Below, one piece after another: positions 48,476 through 62,034 of a DNA stretch of 64,000 nucleotides. The position numbers and the translations under genes are program-made. Numbering within the stretch: position 1 is the first letter of the stretch; each line of letters opens with the position of its first letter. Location of the stretch: the NCBI RefSeq assembly GCF_001194135.2, contig NC_068990.1, positions 70,959,031 to 71,023,030 on the forward strand. The letters run 5' to 3'. A model generated the notes under the pieces. It did no database searches, had not been told where the DNA came from, and saw nothing but the letters and a program-made list of their open reading frames with translations. Source of the stretch: Octopus bimaculoides. Lineage: Eukaryota.

Positions 48476-49731
48476 TAGGGGTTGGACAAAATAATGGAAA
48501 CACCTTAAAATTTCAAACAAATTTATTTTAATATGGGGTAGGACTGCCTTTGGCAGTAATTGCAGCTCGAATTCTATTAGATATGGACTAGTACAAAGTT
48601 TGAATTGTTTCCAAAGGAATTTTTGTCCATTCTTCAGCTAAAACAGTCTCTAGTTCTTGTAGTGATGATGGTGGAGGATATCAACTCCTTGTTTTTCTAA
48701 AATGCACCATAAATGTTCAGTAATATTGAGATCTGGGGACTGTGGTAGCCAGATAAGATGTTCAACTTCACTAGAATGTTCCTCGTGCCATTTAGTAACA
48801 ACTTTAGCTGTGTGAATTGGTGCATTATCATCCTGAAAGATTGCATTTCCCTCCGGAAACAGTATTGCAACCATAAGATGAATTTGATCAGATAAAATGC
48901 TTAAATAGTCTTGACTATTAATTCTGCCATGAAGGGAAACCACGGCCAGCAGATTTCCAAGATATAGTCCCCCTAAATCATCACAGATCCTCCTTCATGT
49001 TTAAAATTTGGAAGAAGGCAGTCTGAGTCAAATGCATCTTTTGGCTGTCTCGACACATATACTCAGCCGGTGATTGGAAATAAGGTAAAGACGACTTGTC
49101 CGAAAATAACATTCTTCCACTGCTTTAGGGACCAATTCTGTATGTTTTTACTTCACTCTAAACACTTTGCAACATTTGTTTTTGAAAGTGGTGGTTTTCT
49201 GATTGCAGCCCTCCCATGAAATCCAGCTTGTGCAGTTACCAGCAAACAGTTTTTGTGGAAACTGGGTTCTCGAGGTAGTCATTAAGCTCTGCAGTAATTT
49301 TGGGAGCTGTACTTTTGTGATCCTTGTGATCTAACAATTCGCGTAAGAGTCCAACGGTCCCTATCTGAATGTTTTGGTTTTCTTCCAGAATTTTGTTTCG
49401 ACAAGGAGGTTTTTCCCTCTTTCTCAAAGGCTGTCATTACTTTCAAGACAGTACTTCTTGATACACCAAACATCTTGGCTGTTTTTGTTACACTAGTGCC
49501 TGCAATACAACCACCATCAATTCGACCTCTTTGAAAGTCCAATCTGTCATTTTAATGAATTTTAATTACCTTTTTCTGATGATATCTGAAAAGAAATAGC
49601 AATTTTAACAAAACAACTCTAAAAATAAATTTTAAAAACTTTAAAATAAACAAGCTTTTGATGGTTTTATAGATATTTTAAAATTATGATGCTATGATGC
49701 TAGGTGTTTCCATTATTTTGTGCAACCCCTG
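48476..49731 (-). mobile_element. Full-length but inactivated Tc1-like transposon of DD36E (Incomer-like) type
   Basis: 30-bp TIRs (28/30 match), flanking TA dinucleotides, 1256 bp long. N-terminal DFQRGRIDG..SVTKTAKMFGVSRSTVLKVM and QDD-NAPIHTAKVVTKWHEEHSSEVEHLIWLPQSPDLNIT-E (36 residues). Confidence 0.88.
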
Positions 49732-49835
49732 TATAATAAACACTGGTAAAAAAATATTTATGACCAAAACCAGAAAATAGTACNNNNNNNNNNNNNNNNN
49801 NNNNNNNNNNNNNNNNNATATATATATATATATAT

Positions 49836-49870
<35 letters not shown>

Positions 49871-49949
49871 CATACATAATTTAGAGAAAAGAACCAAAGT
49901 TCATGAACTCATCCATGAAAATCCACAGTCACATTAATTTAATTTTAAT

Positions 49950-51052
49950 CTGGTGAATAGGGTGGGCATGGAAGCGATACCATGTTATTTCTGGTGAGAA
50001 ACTTACGCGTAAGGAGAGCTCAATTAAGAATCCAATTCTTTGCGCTCCACAGATCCAGTGGCTTTTACTGAATGTCCTCCCTCAAATGCTTCAAAACGTC
50101 AGTAGAACTTTCAATTGACAGTCTGGCCCTGGGGGACAAATTCTTGATGCACAATACCACATTTCCAGGGATAACACTCATGGCAGGCCTTCCAGATTGC
50201 TCATCATCTTCCAGGGAAGTTCCTATGCTTTTGAAGCACTTGTGCCACTCAAAACATTGTGTACAACCCACTGACTCATTGCCATAAGCTTGCGAAACAT
50301 GCGCAATATCTCTCTAGCAGACTTCCCAAGCTTAACACAAAATTCCATGACAAAATCACAGACTACAGCATACACATTATAGTGATGTCAGTAAGTGACA
50401 TCCTATAATTTTTATAATTGCATGCGAGTAAGAAGGGTCACCATCTTGTACGTAAACAACAAGAAAATAAGAATTTGTAAGACAAGAAAATAAGAAATTG
50501 CAATAAGTCATAACATATTTATTACTGGATGTAATGTGTTAACATATAAGGTTAATTGAAAGAAAAGCTTGTAACATCACATGAACATATATTGCAACCA
50601 CATGTCTCAAAGCAAATGAGGTGAACATCTGCACATGTGGGTGTGTGTGTGAGTAGTGTGACTCGATGCATGTCTAGGAACCGACAGGTAAGAATGGCAT
50701 GAAATTAGAAATGTGTTCCTTTATATAAGGGATGAACCGGATGTCCCTGACTTCCACATCATCCGGAAGTTAATTGGAAGCTTCTAGAATGTTCAAGAAT
50801 TTTTGAGAAGGTCGAGGGAGATTACTCTTGTTAGATCCCTTTTTCGTTTTGCTTTCCTACTTGACCAACAAGGGTTGCTATAACATAATCACAGAAACAC
50901 AAATTTCACTTTTAAACACAGTGATGTCATTTGGCACACTGCCTCATGAAGGTTGCTACAAGCTTTCATTGTACACACAACCATGTGCTGCCACCTGTTG
51001 ACACATGACAGAACTAGTCTGGGAACTTTTTGATACCACTTCGTATATATAT
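49950..51052 (-). mobile_element. mariner fragment (same family as 46497-47440) with its 5' TIR at the right end
   Basis: GCTQCFEWHKCFKS..SLEDDEQSGRP. TIR gggaactttttgatacc at ~51020-51040. Confidence 0.75.
50386..50885 (-). mobile_element. Possible solo LTR inserted in the mariner
   Basis: ~500 bp with TGT...ACA ends, an internal TATATAA and a tctagaagcttcc segment. It interrupts mariner-like sequence. No TSD found. Confidence 0.35.
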
Positions 51053-51121
51053 ATTTTGTATATCATACCTAAGTTGTTATATTTCATTTGTTTATCCTCA
51101 TAATTACCTCTGTATAGAAAT

Positions 51122-51155
<34 letters not shown>

Positions 51156-51193
51156 CTGTCTGTCAGAGTGTTTGTGTGTGTGTATGTATGTGC

Positions 51194-51239
<46 letters not shown>

Positions 51240-51249
51240 NNNNNNNNNN

Positions 51250-51298
<49 letters not shown>

Positions 51299-52137
51299 CA
51301 TATGTGCATATATATGTGTAAGTGTACAAGTAAACACAGACCCACATATAACTATATGTATGTAATGTATGTAATATGTTTGTATGTAATATGTATGTAT
51401 GTATGTACGTATGTATGTATGTTACTAATATCATGTCCCTACAACTTTACAATTTAATAAACAGAGATCAATCAAATAAGACTGATACAAGCACTGAGGT
51501 CAATATCATCAATAAATCCCTTGGATGTGGTACTTGAGCATGGCTACAGTTGAATTACTGAAACCAGTTAAAGAATAAAAGAATGTATTTTTGTGTACTT
51601 AGAACTGGAATCTCTCTGAAAGGATACACAGCATGAACAGAAAATCATTGTCAGGGTGTTCAGAGGGTTGGATCTTCCTAATATTCACCGCTATGGAAGT
51701 CAGGACATGAGAAAATGGAAATGATGATAACAAAGATACAATGATGAACAGCAACTAGTAATTCTAGAAGTATCAAAAAACAAACAAGAAAACAAGGGAT
51801 TTGAAACAATAACAGTTTAGCTGCTGATTTTCTGCATTGGACGCAATGTTAATGTGTCACAAATCAATTATATATAAACATAATACAAACAAAACAAGAA
51901 TGGTCAATAGTTTCCATTATCTAAGTATTAAAACATTGAGCTGGCAACGAAACATTCATGTGGAATATTTTGCATGAAATACCTGTTGCCTGACTATGAA
52001 TAACAGCTTGCCTGTGGTTTGAAATATAACTATTGACAAAATGCCAAATGGAGTGTAGAGAAAATAAAAACAACAAAAAGAAACTAAAGAAATTACTGTA
52101 ACTTGATTTATTGCAAGCAACAAGTCTTTTACATATT

Positions 52138-52220
<83 letters not shown>

Positions 52221-53279
52221 TGCATACATGTCTTCGTGGTTAAGGAGCTCACCTTGTAACCATGTGATTTCGGGGTCAGTTCCACTGCATGGCACCTTGA
52301 GCAAGTGTTTTCACTCTAGACCTGGTCCGACCAATGTCTTGTGAGTGAGTTTGGTGTGGACAGAGGAACAGATATAAGTGTCTTGCAGGAGAGGAGATAC
52401 ATGGTTGCTGCAGTTGGAGAGAGAGAGAGAGAGGAGAGAAAATGGGAGGAGAGAGAGAAAATGGGAGGAGAGAGAGAAAATGGTAGATATATGGTGGTGG
52501 AGGGGATGCACTCACATTTCAGGGAGGTGTATAAGTGAATAAGAATCAAAGATTAGATAGGGTGAGTGGATAAGTTCACGAGACTGCAAGAGAAGAGTAG
52601 GAGATAGAAGAAGAGTGGGAGATGATGTGTTTGCTTTGTGTTTGTATCCCAACCACTTAACAACTGGTACTGGTTTGTTTATATCCCTGTAACTAAGCAG
52701 TTTAGCAAAAAAGTATAAGTACATACTTAAAAATAAGTACAAGGGTCAATTTGTTCAACTAACCCCTGAAGGTGGTGCCCCAGTATGGCCACAGTCCAGT
52801 GACAATACAAGATATTATATCATATCATATTGTATGTGTGTGTGTGTGTGTGTGTGTATTCATATTGGTTTCGAACTTTAGCACAAGGCCAGCATTTCGG
52901 GGAAAGGAATTACACTGATATCAGTGTTCAACTGGTGCTTATTTTATCGACCACAAAAGGATGAAAGGCTAAGTTGACCTCAGTGGAATTTGAACTCAGA
53001 ATGTATAAATGGACAAAATGCCACTCAGCATTTTGCCTGGCATGCTAACAATTCTGCCGGCTAGCCACCTTATCTTTCATGTGTGTATTCATAATCCTCT
53101 CTATTACATACTACATTGGTTAAGAGTTAGAGAAGAAATATTGTTTAGACAAATTTCTTAAAGTTATGATGCAGCACCAGAATACTTTCTGATTTCCCCA
53201 CTTTTTTTTCTAGAAGCAACATTTGTTATCCCCACTGAATATACTTTCTAGTAAACTCTACTTTCCTATAGTCTGACCA

Positions 53280-54065
53280 GTTACATATTATGGACCAAAT
53301 CGTTGAATTAATCAACTTATTTGGAACAGAGTATCTCAAACCACATCAATTTCTGAATCTAATCACGTGCAGAGAGTGAATGTGTGCTCTTCTTTGCTGT
53401 CACATCTCATGAATGAACCTTTTTTGGACTGAATAGTGACTGGTGATGAGAAATGGGTTCTCTACAAAAATGTCAAGCACCAAAGACAGTGGATAGGAAA
53501 GGAGAAGCACTGGCATCCCAGGCTAAGGTGTCGTTATCTGTTTGGTGGGATATCAAAGGTTTAGTCCATTTTGAACTTTTAAACCCAAACCAAACAATAA
53601 AAAAGGGAAATCTACTGTGAGCAGCTTGAGCGGCTTAAGTCAGCGCTAGAAGAAAAACAGCCATCTTTGGTTTCAAGACGAAAGATATTCTTCCATCAGG
53701 ATAATGCTTGACCATGTACTGTGAGGACGACATTCCAAAGGCTGAAGCAGTTTGAATGAGAAACGATACCCCACCCACCGTATTCGCTGGACATTGCCCT
53801 ATTTGATTATCATTTATTCTGCAGTCTTTAAAATCATTTGTATGAAAAAAATATGAATTCTGTAGATGAGGTCAGAACTGTACTGGAGAAGTTCTTTTTA
53901 TCATGGACAAGTGAATTTCAGAAGAGGGGGCCTTGCAAGTCTATCAGATAGATGGAAGAGCATTGTAGAAAATGAAGGAGAGTATATTTTATATTAAAAA
54001 ATAACTTTGTTTATCTTAATTTTGAAAAATAAAAGAAGTATAACAAAACGGCATTATTTATGAGT
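53280..54065 (+). mobile_element. mariner (DD34D) 3' half, same family as 45600-46432
   Basis: IVTGDEKWVLY, SVWWDIKG, FFHQDNA and PHPPYSLDIALFDYHLF. Confidence 0.9.
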
Positions 54066-54597
54066 AGTAGTAGTAGTAGTCCAGGGATTTAGAGTAAAGT
54101 AAATTTACTGGTTAACTTCATTTTATCATGTCAAGTAATATTGAGGGTGAGGAAAATCTTTGATGAGACAATATCACCAGTTTTTTTATAAGTAACTCTG
54201 CATTCTTGTAGGGGAGGTAGGGTGATTATTTTTACAGATGAATTCTTGTCATTAATTGTTGTTAGACTTTATTTCCTTGACCTGAATACACAATTTTATT
54301 ACATGTGTATGTGAGCATGCATATGAATGTGTGTATGTTTGTGTGTGTGGGAAGGAAGTTTCATGTATTGCATCCCCATCAACATCATCTTTTTGTCTGC
54401 TTATCGGTATACCAAATATTGTATACATGCATACGGATGTATATGTACATACATATATACATAAACATTTGTGTGTGTGTATGTATGTATACACACACAC
54501 ATGTATAAATATATATATATATACGTGTATGTATGTATATGTTATATATGTTTGTATATTTATACATATATGTATATGTAAATATATAGGTCAAAAT

Positions 54598-54629
<32 letters not shown>

Positions 54630-54959
54630 ATACATATGCACACTGGCATGATGAGGAGAATTTTGGAGAGGACAATTGCTTTAATAATAGGGTGGGTGCT
54701 TCTATTTGTTGTTGTGGTGGTGAAGAGGGAAAAGTGGAGAATAGAAGTGGGGAAGGAAAAGGAAGAGAAAGAGAAGGTGGTCGGTGTACATATATAGTGC
54801 ACAGCTAATCATTTATTTACCAGAAAATGAATGGCTTCAGAATCTGGTTCTTAACTTGTACAAGAGAAGAAGAAAGATTGACATATTCAGGTTAAATAAT
54901 TGATATTGTAAATAGCATGTGTCTGATATTTTTTTTCTTTTAAATTTACTTTCAGATTT

Positions 54960-55760
54960 CCTCAATATATTCATATTTCTCGTCTGTCCATCTTTATCAT
55001 TCGACCTGTGCCTATCTTCTCTCTCCCATCCACCACCTCACTCACTTCAGTCATCACTCTACCATTCATATCTCTTATCTGTCTGTCTTCCTCACTTGAC
55101 CTGCACCCCCTTCTTTTTCCCATCCATCTCCTCACTCACTTCAGTCATCACTCTACCTTTCGTATCTCTCATCTGTCCATCTTCATCACTTGATCTATAC
55201 CCACCTTCCCTTCCCCATATATCTCCTCACTCACTTCAGTCATCACTCTACCATTAATATCTCTTTTCTATCTGTCTTCCTCACTTGACCTGTACCCCCT
55301 TCTTTTTCCCATCCATCTCCTCACTCACTTCAGTCATCACTTGACCTGCACCCCCTTCTTTTTCCCATCCATCTCCTCACTCACTTCAGTCATCACTCTA
55401 CCTTTCGTATCTCTCATCTGTCCATCTTCATCACTCGACCTATGCCCACCTTCCCTTCCCCATATATCTCCTCACTCATTTCAGTTATCACTCTATCATT
55501 CATATTTTTCATCTGTTCATCTTTATTGCTCAACCTGTGCTCATCTTTCCTCCCCATCCATTTCCTCACTCACTTCACTCTATCATTCATGTCTCTCATC
55601 TGTCCATCTTCATCACTCAACCTCTGCCTACCTTCCCTCCTCCATCCATCTACTCACTCACTCCAGTCATTACTCTACCTTTCATTCCTCAACCTGTACT
55701 CACCTTCCCTCTCCCACTTGCTTCAATCATCACTCCATCATTCATATATCTCATCTCATC
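54960..55760 (+). repeat. Pyrimidine-rich ~95-bp minisatellite
   Basis: The anchor cctcactcacttcagtcatcact recurs about every 95 bp. Confidence 0.9.
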
Positions 55761-56614
55761 ACCTGTGATGCTCACTCATCCACTGCCATCTACCATTTCT
55801 TTTCTCTGACTGTCTCTTTTTCTCTTACTGCTTTACTTCACTGCTTCTCCAGCATCTCGACACCCTCTCATCTCTCTGATTTACTCTCATGACCCTCACA
55901 CCTGTCTTTCAATGACCCTTTCTGTATTCTCATCACCCTCGTCTATTTTCTCTCTTTCATGTTCTCTTTCACTCACATCTTCTATCCACACTTACTCCTT
56001 GTAATGTGGAATAACCAGGAACATCCTCTATACAACCTTTATCATTCTGTCCCCCCCTTTCTCACTAACTGTCAACACCAATCCCTTCCTTTTACCCCCC
56101 GAGTCCCACTCATAATCCTCCCCTAACAGTGTCTACTCTATTAATCTCCCTGCTACCACCTTCTCACAACTATAAAACTACTCCTCTCATCATACTTCAC
56201 ACTCTCTCATTACTTTGTCTAAAATCATCTCTCTCTCTTTCTCACTCTCTCTGCTACTCTCCTTTTCTTGCAGAAGCCCCATTAGGCCCTTTAGTCTTGT
56301 AAGTTGTAAGATAACTTCACTAATTATGATGCCGTGAGAAAAGTACCCAATTCATTTTGTAAAGTGGTTTGGCATTAGGAAAGGCATCAAGTCATAGAAA
56401 CCATACTAACACAAAACTGTGAAGTGTAACAGGGTCCTCTGACTCATCAGATCTTGCCATGTCATCCAACCCAAGCTAGCATGGAGGATGGATGATTCCC
56501 TATTCAGGAGCTAAACTGTTCTGCGATGCTTTTACCATTACTGATACTTGTGTTCAGTTAACACCTACACTGAGTGGAAAGATAAGATAACAATAACAAT
56601 AATAATAATAATAA

Positions 56615-57154
56615 ATGCCCTGATGCAGTACCTGGCAGTGGCTCTCATGGCTTCTGATCTTAATTGATTGGAAGTGTTATCATGCACACTGTTTTGTCTT
56701 GGTATAAAAGATGGGCTACAGCAAATGTTCTGCTTAATACCACAGATTTGCTTGTCAATTGTTTGACCATAACTAGTTGAGCATGTCCCTTAGTGGTTGA
56801 TGATATGTGCAGCTCTGATCAAGTAGTGGGGGATCATCGTAGCCATGTGTTGAGCGGAATTCTTTGGGGTTTGGATAATTCACCTTTGGAAACATGGGTG
56901 TTTCATTCAGCATCCTTAAACAATCCTTATTCAGGGTCCTTTTGAGTGGGATTGGCTACTCAACTCAAAGAAAATTCTAACTGGGCCCCACCTGCAAGTT
57001 CATGTGCTGTTTATTTTGATATGAGATCACTATGTCATGCACATATGGTTGTGCTGCATGTGCCTGGTGTACCCTTATCAGACGGGTAGTCAAGATGGTC
57101 ATACTGGGCTTTTACTCCAGTGTCACTTTGATAGCATGCACTGCTCTCTCACTC
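56615..57154 (+). mobile_element. LINE-like 3' segment embedded between (TAA)n tracts
   Basis: Flanked by TAA repeats on both sides. The terminus is shared with 11584-11610 and a diverged internal copy lies at about 59400-59630. Confidence 0.7.
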
Positions 57155-57179
57155 AATAATAATAATAATAATAATAATA

Positions 57180-57216
<37 letters not shown>

Positions 57217-58399
57217 TAATAATCCATTCTATGATAGGCACAAGCCTGAAATTTGCGGGGAGTGGGTAAGTCAATTACATCAACCCCAGTAAACAATTGG
57301 TACTAATTTTATCGATCCCCAAAAGGATGAAAGGCAGAGTTCACCTCGGTGGAATTTGAGCTCAGAATGTAAAGACAGATGAAATGCCACAAAACATTTT
57401 GCCTGGTGTGTTAACAATTTTGCCAGCATAATAATGGTTTTTTATTGAGGCACGGGAATGGGTAGTCTACTTTCAACCTCTGTACATTATTTATTGCCCC
57501 CAGAGGAATGAAAGAGCTGAAGCACAAAGCATTTTTTCTGACATTCTAATAATTCTGCAAAAACATGTCTGGCCATGGGGAAATATTATCTTATTGGGTA
57601 ACAGATGAAGGTTGGTGACAGAAAGAGCATCCCTCCATAGAAAACCTGCCTCAATAAACTTTGTCTGATCCATGCAAGCATGGAAAAGTGGTTGTCAAAA
57701 CTATGGTGAGATTGTGTGTGTGTGTGCATGTGTGTGTGTGTGTGAAAGGGAGAAATACAGATAAAGATAAATTGAGAGACAAACAGAAAGAAATATGTAT
57801 GTGTATGTCTAGCAATACACATAAAAATGCTAGCATACTAGGTAGATAAATATTTAGATATACACAGAGAGACAGACAGATATTATCATGATGAAAGAAG
57901 ACTTAATTTTTTGAAACAAGCAATTAATTGATGATAATACTTGCTTGTGATTCTAATAAGTATTATATTCTAATTTTTTCATATAATTTTAGCATTTAAT
58001 TTTTTTTAAACCACAGAAAATAAAATCTATGATTTAAATAATATAATATACTTTATAGTGATTACTTTGTCAGTTGTCTTGTTAGCAATCAGTGAAGCTG
58101 CACATTTACTGATTGTCTAATTAAAAGCCATGTAACAGAAATATTCCTGTTAGTCAATCCATTTTAATTCATATCAACCTTGACTCTCAATCTTGTAAAT
58201 TTAACAGCATGCACAATAATGGCTTCTTTTTTTTTTATTTTTATGTGAAACTGTTATCATCCAAACTGATAATTTGTATAAACGGAGAAGTAAATAGTCT
58301 TCAGCTGTGATATACTTCATTTACATGGCACATTTCATTGGGAAAATGTAAACATTTCTCATAAATTAACTTTTCCTAGGGCAATCTCTGTCTCTCTCC

Positions 58400-58960
58400 T
58401 TTCTGTTTTTATAAGAACAATGCCAGAATGAAATTATTCCACAGATACTCTTCTAGGAATGCTCAGAATTGAAACACCCCCAGAGACTAATTACAAAAGA
58501 AAAGAAAAAGAAAAATAGTAAATTGCATGACAGGCTTTGCCTATTGGAATCACTTCAGAAAGCTCAAATTTTATTCTCTCCAATGCAACTAAAGTTACTA
58601 CATAATTTATTCCGTGTGGAAAATATTCATCAGTAATATACAAACAATGCTGGTATCCACCTCACAAATTAACCAAGACTTAACCCCAGAGCCACACACC
58701 CTCAACAAAAATTTAGCTTACATTACATAACAACATTGTGATACAACTTTTTGACTTTGACAGGTCCTGCTTATTCAACATTATTCTGAAAGAAATCAAA
58801 GGAGAAAAAGACTCCATGACATTTAAATGGTACCTGGACAAAATCCTCTAAGAAATACCAGATAAACCACCAGTGCCTGGATACATCTCAGTAAATAACA
58901 TCACTCCACTTGAATGGACTGTGGTTTCCTAAAACATAATTTAAAAGATTATCCCAAGTG
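58400..58960 (+). mobile_element. CR1-type LINE 3' fragment
   Basis: LFNIILKEIKGEKDSMTFKWYLDKIL*EIPDKPPVPGY. Confidence 0.7.
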
Positions 58961-59241
58961 GTTCTATTAATTTACACATGGCCTAGACCAAATAATGGCT
59001 AAAACGTATCTAACTTACTCTAACAGTTTCAAGAATTTCTTTAAAATCTCTTCTGTAGTCAATAAAGATTTTCTTTTGCTTGTAATTTCATATATTTTAA
59101 AATCTGTATTTTTAATTTATTTTTTACTTTGCATGGATTTAAATTTGTGCACTTGAGAACATGTGGGTGGGTGAAGTAAAAAGAAAAATTTATACTGCAA
59201 TAGCACTGTGTAACAAAACTTTTAGTTATTTATTTATCTAT

Positions 59242-59276
<35 letters not shown>

Positions 59277-60813
59277 TCTTTTGTCTTTGGTCAGTAAGTG
59301 CTATTTCCTTTTTCTTCTATCTAGAAACCAAAGGAAATGATTACTATTCCCTTCAAACTTTGTTTTTGTGATCTGGACATAAATGTTTTGAACCTGACTT
59401 AGTCTCCATTACATTTTAGACAGATTCAGTGTTGAGTTGCTGAAACAGAAGTATAGTTATAGCAAATATTCTGCTCTATACCACAGAATTGCTTAACTTG
59501 AATCATTTGAGCATGTCCCTTAGAGGCTGATAATATGTACATCTCTGATGATGAGCAAGAGTAGTGGGGAGCTTCATAGTCATGTATTGAGAGGGACTCT
59601 TTAGGGTTTGAATAAATGTGACAAAATCAAAGTTTGAAGGAAATATTAGCCATTTTTATGCTTTCTAGGGGTGAGCGAATAGTAAATAACAGTTGCTATC
59701 CAAGGATAAAAATCGTGATACACGGTGTAATTCAGGAAAATATCAGCAATGACTAATCATTTGGACAAGAGGTTGCCCCACCACCACCACCACCATCAAA
59801 TGCCAGTGAAATTTTGCCTGTATTTAAATTTAAAATGATATACAAACAATATCTCTAAAATTTTACAAGGAACAGTTTAAACTTTGGGAGCAAGTAATTG
59901 ACTATCAGTGCCATACCTATGAATTTATAAAATTAGATTCATTATTTTCTCAAAACAGGTGTAAATAACCCTATGGGTACTTCAGCACTTTCAGTTTGCC
60001 CCAGGAATTAGAAAGGCTCCTCACCTCTGATCCATGCCTTGCTGTTACTGAATAACAACCAACAGAGTCAGTTAACTTTTCCCATGTTAAATATCATAAT
60101 TTAGACATAACATAAGTGCTAGGGTAGATTTTTCATACAATCAACTGCATCATAAAATCCTTTTAATATTTACTCTACATATCTATTATAATAGCTATCA
60201 GAAACAGTTTAGAAGAAGAAAGAATACAGAGTTTCTAGCACAAGAAGAAAGCTTAAAGTAGCCCAGCCTCTGGCAGCTAAACAATGTAGTGTGTGATAAA
60301 TATGCCCTGAAAATACTTCAAAGAGGGGAAACAGAATTAGCCACTTTCAGAATAAACATGAACAATAATAAAAACAGATGGTAGTGGAATGTATTTAGGG
60401 ACATATTAGATTATACTTTATCAGTTGTGTACTTTTAGACTGAGCAACTAACACAGCTACTGCTCTTTTTTCCTACACCTTAGCAACATGTTGGTAACCT
60501 GCCTGCTTACGTTTTTTGTGTATTAAACATATATACCATTATATAAAGCTTTTCTCTTCTTTTTTTAAGCTAACTGCAGTTGTCAAAATAACTCCCTAAT
60601 GTTATGTAATGTTTGGAGAATACATCATTATATTTTGTGAAGGTGGGTGATATAGAGCATGACTAACAATAATGAGGATAGTTTTTGTTTTACTTTTATA
60701 TTAATTACAGACATAGAAAATGAGAAATTTGAATATTAATAGTTTTTCCTAACCCTCAAGGTAAAACTAGGCTACTGAAAGTGGGCCATGATCTTGCTTT
60801 TGCCAAATTACTA

Positions 60814-60858
<45 letters not shown>

Positions 60859-61099
60859 CTACTGCTGCTGCTGCTGCTGCCGTAACACTGACCTCATACC
60901 CAATCATGGTGATCTTTTTACATAGGTTTAGACTAGACAGAAATGACGGGTTATAACATTCATGCTTCTTACTTTGGGAATTAATTAGATATGGACAAAT
61001 ATTTTAAATGAGTGTAACAGCTGGGAACATTAACTGCATTGATCTCACTGGTCTTGGAGTATTTACAATGATCTTAGGGATAACCCCTTCATACTGGCC

Positions 61100-62000
61100 A
61101 AAACAATTAAAGAAAAAGAGAAGATTCTGTCAGATCAACATCTTACAGAACAGCAGCAGCAGCTCATGTTTAGAGTGTAAAAAACAGTCAGGAACCATTG
61201 ATCCCATTGTTTCTATTTCTAGCCCTCTTGCATCCTCAGAGTATCTCAACAAGCATGACAGAGCTGCACAGTATATTAACTGGGTAATATGCAAGAATCT
61301 GGATTTGTTCCATTTTCGAAACTGATGGGAACATGAACCACTTCCAGTGCTTGAAAAAAGATCATATCTCACTCCTATGGAACTTTTTTTTGTTCAAATT
61401 GACAGAAAACTAAATACAAATAGGCTAGACATTATGCTTAAAGATTTCAGATAAAAATCATGCCTCCTCATCGATAATACTGTCCCAACTGATATAAATG
61501 TATCTGTCAAAACCAACCAAAAGCTGAGCAAATACAAAGATCTTAAAATAGAATTTGACAAAATGTGGAAACTCAAGACTAGAACAATACCCAAGGTTGT
61601 AAGTGTCTTAGAAATTCACAAAAGGTGTTGAGTATATTACCTGTTTCAAATCTCAGGGAATCCAAAATGAAAGAAATTTTAAAAAAGAACTCACGAGGGA
61701 TTGCTCATATCCTGCAAAAAAAAAAAAAAAAAAAAATACTGTCTATATCACTCCAAAACAACGAAACAACCTTTTTCACTTGTCATCAAAAACATATTTT
61801 TTAAAACAATAATTCTTATGAACCCAAAGTACACAATTAAAACACATCCCTCTCACCAAACTACATTCTACCCCCAAAATATGACAGCTATCAACAACCT
61901 AATCATTATGCCCACTTGAACTTATAATATACTATCTCTTAAGGTCTCTGGGTGAGACTTGAACTCAATTTGTACAAACCACAAAGCAAAATCCAAACAT
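61100..62000 (+). mobile_element. R4/Dong-like RLE LINE 3' part (zinc knuckle plus RLE) followed by (TAA)n
   Basis: CLECKKQSGTIDPIVS..EYLNKHDRAAQYINWVICK, then NRLDI.LKDF..SCLLID..VP.DINVSVK..KLSKYKDL. Confidence 0.85.

Positions 62001-62034
<34 letters not shown>

Noticed and set aside
47828-48503. Long YI/HT/CV-rich ORFs here and at 22.4-23.1, 24.3-25.5, 28.7-29.4 and 51.0-51.5 kb
   Set aside because: They are dinucleotide microsatellites or N gaps read through by the ORF finder.
51620-51720. Peptide KIIVRVFRGLDLPNIHRYGSQD, vaguely like the RECQL4 C-terminus
   Set aside because: The similarity is weak, no supporting splice sites or neighbouring exons were found, and the frame ends in a stop.
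51956-52130. TM6-like hydrophobic stretch (ISLVSFCCFYFLYTPFGIL)
   Set aside because: It is a translated T-rich tract. Hydrophobic frames arise by chance in AT-rich DNA.
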